A stretch of DNA of 64,000 nt, taken from positions 1 through 64,000 of the forward strand of contig JBITAJ010000022.1 of assembly GCA_044440125.1 (NCBI GenBank), given 5' to 3'. Shown here piece after piece: positions 9,933 to 20,648 of the stretch (its first letter is position 1; each line of letters begins with the position of its first letter). The DNA is from Sedimentisphaeraceae bacterium JB056 (lineage in GTDB: Bacteria; Planctomycetota; Phycisphaerae; Sedimentisphaerales; Sedimentisphaeraceae). The notes beneath the pieces were generated by a model. That model saw only the letters and a program-made list of their open reading frames with translations, was not told the origin of the DNA and did not search any database. A program made the translations under genes and the position numbers.

Positions 9933-12900
9933 ATGGCACAAAACGGTTTCTCGCATCTTCACCTTCATACACAATTTTCGCTGCTTGACGGTGCCGTAGT
10001 TCCCGGCAAGCTTTTTGGCCGCTGCAAAGAACTCGGAATGGATTCTGTAGCCATCACAGATCACGGTAACATGTATGGAGCCCTTGATTTTTATCGTGGT
10101 GCAATCAGTGCCGGCGTGAAGCCAATAATTGGAATGGAAGCATATTTCACCCCCGGTAATCGCACCGATAGGACAGGCACAATGAAAGACGGGGCATACC
10201 ATCTGATTTTGCTTGCAGAAAACAATCAGGGCTACAAGAACCTTCTCAAACTAAGCTCAAGGGCATACATGGAAGGCTTCTACTATCGGCCACGAATTGA
10301 CATGGAGCTGCTCGAGCAATACAGCGAAGGACTTATAGCGACAAGTGCCTGTATCGGTGGAATAATTCCACAGATGTACATGGCAGGCAGAGAACAGGAA
10401 GCCAGGGAAGCAGCAGAGCGATATGTCAAAATCTTTGGGGAGAAGAATTTCTTCATAGAATTACAGGATCACAACTATGTTGACGCCCCACCTGTCGATC
10501 CCAACCCAATGATGATAGATCTTGCGAGAAAAATGGGACTCGGCATGGTCGTCACAAATGACGTTCACTTCCTCAACGAAAACGACTACGAGGCACACGA
10601 TGTGTTGACGTGTATCAGCACAGGCAAAATATACACCGATCCCAACCGCATGAAATACCCTACGGATGTATACCTAAAAAGTCCTGAGCAAATGCGCCAG
10701 ATATTCCCTGATCTTCAGGAAGCTTGTGATCTTACTGTAGAGATAGCCAATCGATGCAATGTTGAAATAGATCTAAAAACTCGTCATGCACCGTCATTTA
10801 CCCCTCCAGACGGCAGTGATCCGGGGCAGTTCCTTCGCAAACTTGTCTATGAAGGTGCGGAAAGACTTTATCCTGAGATTACAGATGAAGTGCGGGAACG
10901 TATTGAGCGAGAGATAGGCGTAATTGACGGCAAAGGGTTTTCAAGCTACTTTCTTATCGTCTGGGAATTTTGTAACTGGGCAGCAGAAAACAGCATACCG
11001 ACTGGAGCCAGAGGTAGTGGCGTTGGTACCATTGTAGGCTACTGTCTGGGGCTTTGCAATGTTGACCCTATCAAATACGGGCTGCTTTTCGAGCGATTCA
11101 TGGACCCGGAACGAGATGAGATGCCTGATATCGATATTGACATCTGCCAGGACGGACGTCCCAGGTTATTGGAATATGTCCGCGAAAAATACGGTGAGAT
11201 AGCTCAGATCATAACATTTGGTACAATGAAGCCCAAGAGCGTTATACGTGATGTTTCAAGGGTTCTTGATGTGCCGCTGAATGAAGCCGACAAACTTGCC
11301 AAGATGGTACCAGACGGCCCCAAGGTCAAACTGGAGAAAGTTCTTGAAGAAATACCCGAATTCAAGGAAGAGTATGAAAACAACCCAACTGCACATAAAG
11401 TAATTGATATCGGTAAAAGACTTGAAGGCCTCACAAGACACTCTGGAGTCCATGCCTGTGCTGTTGTTATCGCTGATGAGCCGTTATCAAACTTCTTGCC
11501 GATATGCAGGCAGGCCAGTTCTGAAGACGCCATAACCCAATTTGAGGGACCAAGCGTTGAAGCTGTCGGATTGCTCAAGATGGACTTTTTAGGTCTGCGT
11601 ACCTTAAGTGTCATCGAAAAGACAAAGCAATGGGTCAAGCAGCTTCATGATGTCGATATAGATATAGAAAAGATCGATATTACGGACATGCAGGTATTCA
11701 ATATCTTTGCATCAGGGCGTACAAAAGGCGTGTTCCAGTTTGAGTCTGGTGGAATGGTTGATATGCTTATGAAGCTCAAGCCGGACCGGCTTGAAGACCT
11801 TATCGCCGCAAATGCGCTGTACCGCCCAGGACCTATGGCTCTTATCCCTGATTTTATCGCCAGAAAGCACGGAGCAGACTGGGAAGCACCTCACCCTATT
11901 ATGAGGGAAATACTCGAGGAGACCTTTGGAATTATGATCTACCAGGAGCAGGTGATGCAAATATGTCACCGACTTGGCGGTATTAAGCTCCGAGCTGCTT
12001 ACTCATTGATCAAGGCCATTGGTAAAAAGAAGGAAAAAGTTATCAATGCTGCGTTGGATCAATTCGTAAAAGGATGTGTCGAAAAAGGATTGACCGCAGA
12101 GCAAGGCAACGACATATTTGAGCTGATTAAAAAGTTTGCCGGTTACGGTTTTAACAAAAGTCACGCTTCAAGATACTCATATGTTGCTTATCAGACAGCA
12201 TACCTTAAAGCATATTGGCCAGCTGAATTCATGGCTGCCCTGCTGACATATGAAAAAGGTGACACTGCAAAAGTTGTAGACTATATCGGCGAAGCAAAAG
12301 ATATGGGTATCGATATCTTGCCACCGGATGTGAACGAAAGTTACACAGACTTTACCGTTATTTATGATGATGAGCAAAAAAGAAAAGACAAAATTGGTCA
12401 TATACGTTTCGGACTTGGTGCCGTAAAAGGAGTTGGGATCAAAGCTGTTCAGCAAATAATAGAAGCGAGAAATGAATCAGGACCATTCAATAGCCTCTAT
12501 CACTTCTGTGAAACAGTAGACTTGCGAGCAGTGAACAAACAAGTAATTGAATCGCTCATAAAAGCTGGAGCATTTGACAAGCTAAGCGGAACAAGATCTC
12601 AGATGGTTGAAGGCCTTGAAAACGCAGTCAAGGCAGGCCAGCAAGTACAGCGAGACAGAAATAGAGGTCAGAAAAGCTTGTTTGGTGCAATGGAGCAAGC
12701 TGGAGACAGCCAGGACAATCAAGATTCTGCAAGACTTCCTGATGTGCCTGCTTGGCCTGAAATGACCATGCTTAAATATGAAAAGGATGTTTTAGGCCTT
12801 TACGTAACAAGCAATCCATTGAGTAAACATGCCGATACTATAACAGCGTACTCAACAGCACATACAGATGAATTAGCTATTCTTGGCGGCGGCAAAGAAG

Positions 12901-13406
12901 TAATAATAGGCGGCATGATAACCAAAATCAGATCGATAATCACAAAGAAAGGCAGAAACGCCGGAGCCAAAATGGCGGTGCTTGAGTTAGAAGATTTTAA
13001 TGGCAAAACTGAAGTAGTTCTATTTCCTTCTACTTATGCCAACAATGCCCATCTTGTGGAATCTGACAAGGTTGTCTTCGTTCGCGGAAAAATCGATTCA
13101 CAACGAGAGCAACCTCAGATTATTTGCGATGAAATAATTGACATATCTCTTGCCGGGGAAAAGCTTACAACAAAAGTTAAAATGAACCTGAACGCTGAAA
13201 ATGTAACAGATCAGATCATAGAGCAACTTCAAGATCTATGCCAGGCATATAGTGGAAAAAGTCCTGTATACCTCATGATAAGTACCGATGACGGGCAAAA
13301 AGTATCAGCCATAAGTGACAATTGTTTTTTTGTTCAACCGGATGCTGATTTTCGTGTGAAAGTAAGGGAAATTCTTGGAGAAGAAAATCTGGAACTGTCA
13401 AGATAG
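9933..13406 (+). CDS. dnaE: DNA polymerase III alpha subunit
   Basis: PHP motifs HLHLHT..SLLDG, ITDHG, TNDVH; RGSG; PDIDID; GLLKMDFLGL; YGFNKSHA; OB fold. ATG at 9933 behind AAGGA preferred over TTG 9900. No intein seen. Confidence 0.97.
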   Translation: MAQNGFSHLHLHTQFSLLDGAVVPGKLFGRCKELGMDSVAITDHGNMYGALDFYRGAISAGVKPIIGMEAYFTPGNRTDRTGTMKDGAYHLILLAENNQGYKNLLKLSSRAYMEGFYYRPRIDMELLEQYSEGLIATSACIGGIIPQMYMAGREQEAREAAERYVKIFGEKNFFIELQDHNYVDAPPVDPNPMMIDLARKMGLGMVVTNDVHFLNENDYEAHDVLTCISTGKIYTDPNRMKYPTDVYLKSPEQMRQIFPDLQEACDLTVEIANRCNVEIDLKTRHAPSFTPPDGSDPGQFLRKLVYEGAERLYPEITDEVRERIEREIGVIDGKGFSSYFLIVWEFCNWAAENSIPTGARGSGVGTIVGYCLGLCNVDPIKYGLLFERFMDPERDEMPDIDIDICQDGRPRLLEYVREKYGEIAQIITFGTMKPKSVIRDVSRVLDVPLNEADKLAKMVPDGPKVKLEKVLEEIPEFKEEYENNPTAHKVIDIGKRLEGLTRHSGVHACAVVIADEPLSNFLPICRQASSEDAITQFEGPSVEAVGLLKMDFLGLRTLSVIEKTKQWVKQLHDVDIDIEKIDITDMQVFNIFASGRTKGVFQFESGGMVDMLMKLKPDRLEDLIAANALYRPGPMALIPDFIARKHGADWEAPHPIMREILEETFGIMIYQEQVMQICHRLGGIKLRAAYSLIKAIGKKKEKVINAALDQFVKGCVEKGLTAEQGNDIFELIKKFAGYGFNKSHASRYSYVAYQTAYLKAYWPAEFMAALLTYEKGDTAKVVDYIGEAKDMGIDILPPDVNESYTDFTVIYDDEQKRKDKIGHIRFGLGAVKGVGIKAVQQIIEARNESGPFNSLYHFCETVDLRAVNKQVIESLIKAGAFDKLSGTRSQMVEGLENAVKAGQQVQRDRNRGQKSLFGAMEQAGDSQDNQDSARLPDVPAWPEMTMLKYEKDVLGLYVTSNPLSKHADTITAYSTAHTDELAILGGGKEVIIGGMITKIRSIITKKGRNAGAKMAVLELEDFNGKTEVVLFPSTYANNAHLVESDKVVFVRGKIDSQREQPQIICDEIIDISLAGEKLTTKVKMNLNAENVTDQIIEQLQDLCQAYSGKSPVYLMISTDDGQKVSAISDNCFFVQPDADFRVKVREILGEENLELSR

Positions 13407-13413
13407 TGTATAT

Positions 13414-13485
13414 GGCCGGGTCTGTTCGAAACAGGCAGATCTGTATATTAAATCAAATCTGCCTGTTTCGGGTTAATACCCGACC
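13414..13485. repeat. Long inverted repeat/hairpin between convergent dnaE and PPIase genes
   Basis: CGAAACAGGCAGAT (13427-13440) / ATCTGCCTGTTTCG (13457-13470) perfect 14 bp, extended by GGCCGGGT/ACCCGACC. Confidence 0.7.
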
Positions 13486-13614
13486 AACACCATAACAAAC
13501 AACAAAATTCACAAAACCTTAAAAACGCAAGGGTTCATGCTTGATGTTTTCATATGCCTGCAGGAGATAACAACACATACTCTCTAAGCACTGCAAGACA
13601 AGTCCTGAAAATTA

Positions 13615-14475
13615 TCAAACTTCCTTGATTACTGCCTTTTTCATTTTATCATCGAGAAACTTCTCTAAGGCTTTTTCTTTTGCCTGTTCCTCGAGCTGCT
13701 TTACTATATAGTCACGTACTTCGTCAAGATCACATACCCTTGGACTTTTCTTGTCAGTCACCTTGGCAATATGAAACCCGAATTCCGTACGAAAAATATC
13801 GCTAACCTCTCCAACTTCCATATCGAACGTTGCATCTTCAAAATCCTGAACCATCTTACCTTTTGCGTAATATCCCAAATCACCGCCATTATCAGCGCAA
13901 TCTGAGTACTTAGCAGTAACCTCGGCAAAATCAGCCCCTTGGTCAAGTTCTGATTTGGCCTGCGTCATTTGTTCGAAAATTTGAGGATCTTCCTGACCTG
14001 GTCCAATATGCTTAACAAGGTGTGAAGCTCTTATCATTTCAGGAATTGTAAAACGTTCTTTATTTTCAGAGTAAAACTCTTCTATATCTTTTTGTCGGGG
14101 TTGTACAGCTTTGCTGGTGATTTTTTCAATTAAATGCCTGATTCTGACCTGTAATTCTACATCATTAATCAGATTTTGTTTTTCAGAGATGTCTATTCCG
14201 CGCTCAGCAAAGAATTTATCTTCACCGCCGCTTTTATTTATGAGCTCTTGATACTGACTTTCAGTCTCCTCAGCAAAATCACCATCTAAGTCAAGTGCCT
14301 GCTGTTTCATCAGAACTCGCTCAATAACGTTTTCTTTAGACCACTCTATCAGTTGTTTATCGCGATGCTGCTTATCTTGTTGGGCAAAAACCTGTTCGTA
14401 ATGAGGCCGCAATCTTTCCGCTTCTTGTTCAACCACGCCCCATTCAATCTTTTCGCCATTAACGGTCAATGTCAT
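13615..14475 (-). CDS. PpiC/parvulin-type peptidyl-prolyl isomerase (PrsA/SurA-like, no evident signal peptide)
   Basis: IRASHLV, F...AKYSDC..NGGDLGY..KGKMV..FE, FRTEFGFHI; likely ATG at 14475 (MTLTVNGEKI). Confidence 0.9.
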   Translation of the reverse strand: MTLTVNGEKIEWGVVEQEAERLRPHYEQVFAQQDKQHRDKQLIEWSKENVIERVLMKQQALDLDGDFAEETESQYQELINKSGGEDKFFAERGIDISEKQNLINDVELQVRIRHLIEKITSKAVQPRQKDIEEFYSENKERFTIPEMIRASHLVKHIGPGQEDPQIFEQMTQAKSELDQGADFAEVTAKYSDCADNGGDLGYYAKGKMVQDFEDATFDMEVGEVSDIFRTEFGFHIAKVTDKKSPRVCDLDEVRDYIVKQLEEQAKEKALEKFLDDKMKKAVIKEV

Positions 14476-14756
14476 ATCAGTCTCTAATTTCCTTCGTACA
14501 TGCAAAATAAGTCAATTACGCTATAATAACATAATTTGTTAGTTAGGCAAACTTTTTTTTATTATTTTTTGTCGCAATAAAACCAGAATAGGTTAACACA
14601 TATAGGTTGAATAATGCAAATAAGCATTAATTGCCAACACTAATGCGTTGATTTGCTGATAAATATAATTTATAATTATTGATATAGAAGCCTGCTAAAT
14701 TATCGGTATTTCAGATTTCTATACATAAACCATGTTTATAAGCAAAACGACATTAT

Positions 14757-15557
14757 ATGTCCATAAATGATAAATACATAGATGTACACCTTCATCTTCA
14801 GGATAAAGAATACGATACTGACAGGCATAATATTATACTTGAAGCAGAAAATAAGCATATAGACTTTATGTTCTGCTGCAGTGCTCATGAGCGTGATTGG
14901 GAACAAGTTGCAGCCATGTCAGAGCATTACAAAAGTATAATCCCATTTTTAGGAATACACCCATGGTTTGTTGATAAAATTGAAGAAAACTGGGATAAGA
15001 GACTAATCGATAAAGCCCAAAAGAAACATTGCGGGATAGGTGAAATTGGGCTTGATAGGCTTTTGACCAGAACTTCTTTTGCTCTGCAAATAGAGATATT
15101 CAAAAAACAGCTAAATATTGCAAAAGACCTCCGAAAACCAGTAAGCATTCATTGTTTAAGTGCTTATGGGTATTTGCTTGAGATTATCAAGGAATTGAAA
15201 CCGATTCCTGAAGGTTCCTTTATTCATTCATACAGTGGTTCAAGCGAAATGATCAAGCAATTCGCAGACCTTGGGCTTATGTTTTCTTATAACGGGAAGG
15301 CCCTGGATGAAAAAAGTAAACGATATGCAAAGAATATCAAAGCAACAGGCATTGATATATTACTTCTCGAAACTGACAGCCCTTTCATGATGCCGCAGGA
15401 ATTAGAAATCAAAACCGGACAGTCCAGAAACAAACCGGCCAATCTGCCTGTTTTTGCAAAAGAAATCGCTAAGCTCAAAAGCATAAGCCCCTCAGAACTT
15501 TCATCTGCTGCTTATGACAACTCATTAAGAATCCTATCGGCAATCAATAATTCATAG
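14757..15557 (+). CDS. tatD: TatD-family DNase/hydrolase
   Basis: DVHLH, GIHPW, IGEIGLD, SIHC, HSYSG, LLETDSPF. Confidence 0.92.
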   Translation: MSINDKYIDVHLHLQDKEYDTDRHNIILEAENKHIDFMFCCSAHERDWEQVAAMSEHYKSIIPFLGIHPWFVDKIEENWDKRLIDKAQKKHCGIGEIGLDRLLTRTSFALQIEIFKKQLNIAKDLRKPVSIHCLSAYGYLLEIIKELKPIPEGSFIHSYSGSSEMIKQFADLGLMFSYNGKALDEKSKRYAKNIKATGIDILLLETDSPFMMPQELEIKTGQSRNKPANLPVFAKEIAKLKSISPSELSSAAYDNSLRILSAINNS

Positions 15558-15710
15558 CAATAAAAATCAATTAGCACTTATTAATCCTCTTATTCATTAG
15601 ACTTGCATTAATTTTAAAGCTTTAAAACCAAACAAAAAACTGATATAATAGCAACGCGGATATTTTTGGTATAAAAGTGTATTAATTGTCGAAGTTTACG
15701 GGTTGTAAAT

Positions 15711-15923
15711 ATGGAAGAATCGAATAATTATTCACATCATGATCTTAACACCCTTGCATATGATGAATTTATAGAGCTACTGGAACGGGATTCAACTATT
15801 CCTGTAGAATGGAAATTAGCGTTTATTGGAAGCTCTATATCCAATTTTGAAACAGCTCTTGAAAACTTTGAAAAAATAATAGATGATGAGGTCCTGAATG
15901 ACGCTTCAGATAAACCGTTTTAG
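15711..15923 (+). CDS. Small acidic hypothetical protein overlapping the downstream SMC-like gene
   Basis: 70-aa ORF with ATG start, acidic and helical-looking; overlaps 15898 ORF by 26 nt. Confidence 0.55.
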   Translation: MEESNNYSHHDLNTLAYDEFIELLERDSTIPVEWKLAFIGSSISNFETALENFEKIIDDEVLNDASDKPF

Positions 15924-17802
15924 ATTCAAGGGTTGCAACAATATAAAAGACATACCCGACTTATCTTTACAGGATAATGGTCTTATCATCTGTGACCAGG
16001 TTGCACCCTATGATATTTCGATAATAGATGTTGTTTACCGTCTCCTTTCAGGTGATCACGATGCATTAAAAGATATAATTTTCGGTCACCTTTCGACCAA
16101 TCAGCAAGTACAGAAAGTTGAACTTGTCACCAGCATAAATGAGCAGGAGTACGCAATAAGTCCTGATATTCCAATTCATTTGCAGCCTGAAGAAATAAGG
16201 AAAGCTACTAATTTTTTCAAGAAAAACAATCAGGTATTAAAACTGTTTTCGCTGCAGGAGTTTTCTAAAGCTCCTGCGTCTAAGAGGTATGAATTCATAT
16301 CACAATTCCTTAACCTCACAACCTATATTGATTTTGAAAAAAGACTCGAGATTCTTACGGCCCCAACTGACAAGCTTCTTGCAAGGATAAGCTCACAAGT
16401 TAACAAAAAGAACAAGTTATTATCTCAAATACTTGCAAATGAAGGTTTTAATAGCAACAACGAATGCGTGGACATCGTTAATGCAATGCTTGCTAAAAGT
16501 AATATAGACCGGATAAGCAGTCTTGAAGATTTGCCAGATGCTGCTGGAAAAATAACGGAAGTCATTGAAAACTGGACAAATTCACCGGAATACAAAACGG
16601 CAAATGAGCTTAAAGTTGATATTGACAATATCGTAGATCACGAAAATCTCTTTGATTTGTGGGTAGAATATTCCGACACATGGAGCAGTCTGAGATATAA
16701 AGAGCTGGAATCGAAAGGCTTATTCTTTGAAGATGTATTAGAAAAAGGGCTTGAATGGATTACATCTGACAACCTCGTTGAATGCCCTCTGTGCGGCAGT
16801 GACATTTCAATTGACAAGCTTAAACTTGACATCAAAAAAAGAATTGAAAGCAATAAGGAATTCATAAGTCTACGCGATGATTTTGCAAAAAAAGCCGATA
16901 AATTCTATACAGAAATCAAGAAATATATAGTCCAGCTTACGGTCATTAATGAAAAGTGCAAAACGATTAATATACAAAATCCATTGGCACATATAACCGA
17001 TGAATTACAAGAATCATGCAGTCTCCTGAACTCAGAAGACCCTGAAAAAGTGTTTATACCTCTGCTAAACGACTTCCACAAAGACACATTTAAGCATGGC
17101 CTTGAGATACTTAAGCAAGATATTGAAAGAAAATTTGAAGAATTAGCAGGCAATGAAGAACTTGCACAGCTCAAATCGACGCGGGAAGAGATACTCAAAA
17201 TCCAAAATATCTCACGGGATATTTTAGGGCTTCAGAAAAATCGAAACGAACTCCTCAAACAGAAAAGCACTGATAGCCGTATAAATGACATTGCTGTAAA
17301 AGCAAGAAACAATGTTGTTGAGAGCTTTGTTAAAAGCGTAGCTCCAATTGCAGACAGATTGATAAAGGAGGTATTTGAACCTTCTGAGAACAATGGTAGG
17401 AAAAATAAAAATCAGTGGCAATATGACCCTCATTCAAGCATAACACTTCATTGCATTGGAATCAACACTGATCAATCAGTACTGCCTGCTTACTACAGCG
17501 ACCAGATTCTTCCTGTAGCCGGACTTTGCATCTTTTTAGCTGTAAGAAAAATAGAAGCTTATACCGAATGCCGTTTTCCTGTTTTGCTAATTGACAAAGC
17601 TATTGACTGCATAAACGAAGAGTACATACAAGACGTTACAAAAATGGTCTTGAATGAATTTAATAAAGACCAATTTTTCATATCGACTTCAAATCTTGAA
17701 ATCCTGAAAGCCCTGACCGCTGCAAAAGCCCAGACTAATACGAAGATAGCAGTAAAATTCGACTCGTTAGCTCTTTACAGCGAATACCGTAAAATGGGTT
17801 GA
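15898..17802 (+). CDS. Rad50/SMC-like coiled-coil protein with zinc hook and degenerate ABC-ATPase motifs
   Basis: ABC-head-like N- and C-termini, central CPLC (aa 296-299) flanked by coiled coils; Walker A, Walker B and H-loop positions substituted; GAGG RBS. Confidence 0.75.
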   Translation: MTLQINRFRFKGCNNIKDIPDLSLQDNGLIICDQVAPYDISIIDVVYRLLSGDHDALKDIIFGHLSTNQQVQKVELVTSINEQEYAISPDIPIHLQPEEIRKATNFFKKNNQVLKLFSLQEFSKAPASKRYEFISQFLNLTTYIDFEKRLEILTAPTDKLLARISSQVNKKNKLLSQILANEGFNSNNECVDIVNAMLAKSNIDRISSLEDLPDAAGKITEVIENWTNSPEYKTANELKVDIDNIVDHENLFDLWVEYSDTWSSLRYKELESKGLFFEDVLEKGLEWITSDNLVECPLCGSDISIDKLKLDIKKRIESNKEFISLRDDFAKKADKFYTEIKKYIVQLTVINEKCKTINIQNPLAHITDELQESCSLLNSEDPEKVFIPLLNDFHKDTFKHGLEILKQDIERKFEELAGNEELAQLKSTREEILKIQNISRDILGLQKNRNELLKQKSTDSRINDIAVKARNNVVESFVKSVAPIADRLIKEVFEPSENNGRKNKNQWQYDPHSSITLHCIGINTDQSVLPAYYSDQILPVAGLCIFLAVRKIEAYTECRFPVLLIDKAIDCINEEYIQDVTKMVLNEFNKDQFFISTSNLEILKALTAAKAQTNTKIAVKFDSLALYSEYRKMG

Positions 17803-17808
17803 TTGAAT

Positions 17809-17847
17809 AAAAAAAAGCCGTGGAAACGTATTTTGTTGCCACGGCTT
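17809..17847 (-). terminator. Intrinsic terminator after pgi (probably bidirectional)
   Basis: AAGCCGTGG/CCACGGCTT stem with an A run on + (U run on -). Confidence 0.75.
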
Positions 17848-17861
17848 AAAATCATATTGAG

Positions 17862-19508
17862 TTATCTCATTTGCTTGTAAGCATTTATAAGTCCATTTGT
17901 TGAGCTGTCGTGCGATGTCACCATCTGGTCGCTTTCGAGTTCAGGCAATATGCTTTTCGCCAGTTGCTTACCAAGCTCGACTCCCCACTGATCAAAGCTG
18001 AAAATATTCCATATAACGCCCTGAACAAAAATCTTGTGTTCATACATCGCAATCAGAGACCCAAGAGTTCTCGGCGTAAGCTTCTTTATAAGTATAGAAT
18101 TTGTTGGGATATTTCCATTGAATACCTTGAATGGAAGCAACTCTTTTATCTGCTGATCACTCTTGCCTGCAGCCTTTAATTCTGCTTCAACTTCTTGTGA
18201 ATTCTTTCCTTTCATAAGCGCCTCTGTCTGCGCAAAGAAATTAGAAAGCAACTTCTTGTGATGGTCACTTATCGGGTTATGCGTCTGAGCGTGAGCAATA
18301 AAGTCGCAAGGTATAAGCTTTGTTCCCTGATGTATAAGCTGATAGAAAGCATGCTGTCCATTAGTACCAGGTTCACCCCATACAATAGGTCCGGTCTGAT
18401 AGCTTACAGGCTTGCCTCCGCGATCAATACTCTTTCCGTTGCTTTCCATATTACCCTGCTGGAAATATGCAGCAAATCTATGCATATATTGGTCATAAGG
18501 CAAGATAGCTTCTGTTTCAGCACCAAAGAAATTGTTGTACCACAAACCTATAAGAGCAAGAATAAAAGGCATATTTTTCGAAGGTTCAGCTGTTCTGAAA
18601 TGATTATCCATTGCGTTGGCACCTTCAAGCAATTCGACGAAATCATCAAAACCAATTGTGCATGCGATAGGCAAACCAATTGCTGACCACAGCGAATAAC
18701 GTCCGCCAACCCAATCCCAAAAGCCAAACATATTGGCAGCATCAATGCCAAACTTCTCCACTTCAACTTTATTGGTCGATACGGCTACAAAGTGCTTGCT
18801 TACACCAGATTCGCAACCACTCTTCTCTATAAACCAGTCACGTGCAGTAAATGCATTGGTCATAGTTTCCTGAGTAGTAAATGTTTTCGAAGCAATTATA
18901 AAAAGCGTTGTTTCAGGGTCTACTCTCTTTAATACTTCAGCGATATGCGAACCATCTACATTTGACACAAAATGAGGGGTTATATTCTTCCAGTAAGGTT
19001 TCAAAGCTTCAGTAACCATTACAGGACCAAGATCTGAACCGCCAATACCAATATTTACTATATCAGTAATAGGCTTTTCTGTATAGCCATTCCATTGACC
19101 AGAAATAAGATCATTACAGAATACCTTCATCCTGCTGAGAACTTCTCTGACTTCAGGCATCACATCTTTTCCACCAACCATTACTGATTCGTCAGAAACA
19201 TTTCTCAAGGCAGTATGAAGCACCGCCCTGCCTTCTGTTTTATTTATCAAGCTGCCCTTGAACATTTCTTCCACGGAATCCCTTACGAAAGTATCTTCCG
19301 CAAGCTGATTGAGCAACTCGAGCGTTTTTTCAGTTATTCTATTCTTTGAATAATCGAGAAGTATATCCTCAAATTTTAATGAAAATTTATCAAACCTATC
19401 AGGGTCATCTGCAAAAAGATCTGTCATGTTGACATTTTTCATCTCAGTAAAGTGATCTGAGAGTTTTGCCCATGAAGGTGTTTGGGTAGGATCAATATTT
19501 CTTAGCAT
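17862..19508 (-). CDS. pgi: Glucose-6-phosphate isomerase
   Basis: [52 protein letters not shown]. Confidence 0.98.
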   Translation of the reverse strand: MLRNIDPTQTPSWAKLSDHFTEMKNVNMTDLFADDPDRFDKFSLKFEDILLDYSKNRITEKTLELLNQLAEDTFVRDSVEEMFKGSLINKTEGRAVLHTALRNVSDESVMVGGKDVMPEVREVLSRMKVFCNDLISGQWNGYTEKPITDIVNIGIGGSDLGPVMVTEALKPYWKNITPHFVSNVDGSHIAEVLKRVDPETTLFIIASKTFTTQETMTNAFTARDWFIEKSGCESGVSKHFVAVSTNKVEVEKFGIDAANMFGFWDWVGGRYSLWSAIGLPIACTIGFDDFVELLEGANAMDNHFRTAEPSKNMPFILALIGLWYNNFFGAETEAILPYDQYMHRFAAYFQQGNMESNGKSIDRGGKPVSYQTGPIVWGEPGTNGQHAFYQLIHQGTKLIPCDFIAHAQTHNPISDHHKKLLSNFFAQTEALMKGKNSQEVEAELKAAGKSDQQIKELLPFKVFNGNIPTNSILIKKLTPRTLGSLIAMYEHKIFVQGVIWNIFSFDQWGVELGKQLAKSILPELESDQMVTSHDSSTNGLINAYKQMR

Positions 19509-19631
19509 AAGATATCCTCATATATTCTTTCATGTATAATACAAATTAAACCACAATGCGTAGTAATAAACCGCATTGACTCTGAACAGAAAGTATATAA
19601 GTTTTATCTTTTATATCAAGTCAACAGTAAC

Positions 19632-20624
19632 TCATTGCGGACTTTTTTTCGCTGCCGCTGCACCATAGACCTGTTTTTCTTCTTTTTGAGTCGCATTAAG
19701 GCGTTGGCGCATTACCCTTACAGGGTGATAGTCTCTGGATCTTGGTATCCATCTTTTCCAGTCACTTTCAAATTCATCGTACCCGCCAGGGTAATACTCA
19801 TCAAAAACCTCTGTTGTAGGGCGTGAAAGAAGTTTTTTATAGAGATATTTTTCGCCATTTTTCTCAATTATCTGCTCTTCAAAGCCGTAATCCTTTTTAC
19901 ATTCAAGGACTACATCTTTTAATATCTTACGCATATTGCTGCTTCTCATCAAAAAATAAGTCATAGAATAACCAATTGAGTACGCAGCGGTCACATTTTC
20001 TGCTCTGAGCTCATTCCATTGGTCATAATCAAGATTGACGTACTCTTTCGGATTAACTGGGAAACCGGTTTTCAACCAATGTACATTCCACTCCTTGCAG
20101 TCATTTGTAGAATATATCCGCTTGTTGCGGCCTATAACGTTTAGTCCCTGAAAATACTGGGACAAGCCTTCATTGAGCCACATAGGACAATTAGGGTAAT
20201 GATGAGCCATCAAAAGATGCTGCGTCTCATGAAATAATACCTCAAGCATTTGCTTAACATCGGTATTCTTCCATACAACGCACTCATTATCGCCAAGCGA
20301 GAAGTAGCCGTCAGCAAGAGCTTCGGAACCAAATTTGTCACGATAATACTGGTTGTACTTTTCCTTATCGTCAAATATTATCAAAGTTACCTTGAAGTCT
20401 TCAGGAAAGTCAAGACCAAAAGTTCCTGTATAAGTTTCAAGTATACATTCAATACCAAAACAGATACCTGCTTCCACAGGTTCAGTCATATCGAAATCCT
20501 GAAGTTTGAATATGCAAGGAGATTGCGTATACACATTAAAGTTGTATTTTTCTTCGATTTCATCACCTTTAAGGCATGAAAACATGTTAATAACAACAAA
20601 AAATAAAGCAATCTTTTTAAGCAT
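19632..20624 (-). CDS. DUF1570/zincin-like secreted or lipoprotein metallopeptidase
   Basis: Signal-like N-terminus ending FSC; LFHETQH (HExxH) and PMWLNEGLSQYF. Confidence 0.75.
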   Translation of the reverse strand: MLKKIALFFVVINMFSCLKGDEIEEKYNFNVYTQSPCIFKLQDFDMTEPVEAGICFGIECILETYTGTFGLDFPEDFKVTLIIFDDKEKYNQYYRDKFGSEALADGYFSLGDNECVVWKNTDVKQMLEVLFHETQHLLMAHHYPNCPMWLNEGLSQYFQGLNVIGRNKRIYSTNDCKEWNVHWLKTGFPVNPKEYVNLDYDQWNELRAENVTAAYSIGYSMTYFLMRSSNMRKILKDVVLECKKDYGFEEQIIEKNGEKYLYKKLLSRPTTEVFDEYYPGGYDEFESDWKRWIPRSRDYHPVRVMRQRLNATQKEEKQVYGAAAAKKSPQ

Positions 20625-20648
20625 ACCACTCTCCAGATCATAATAAAA

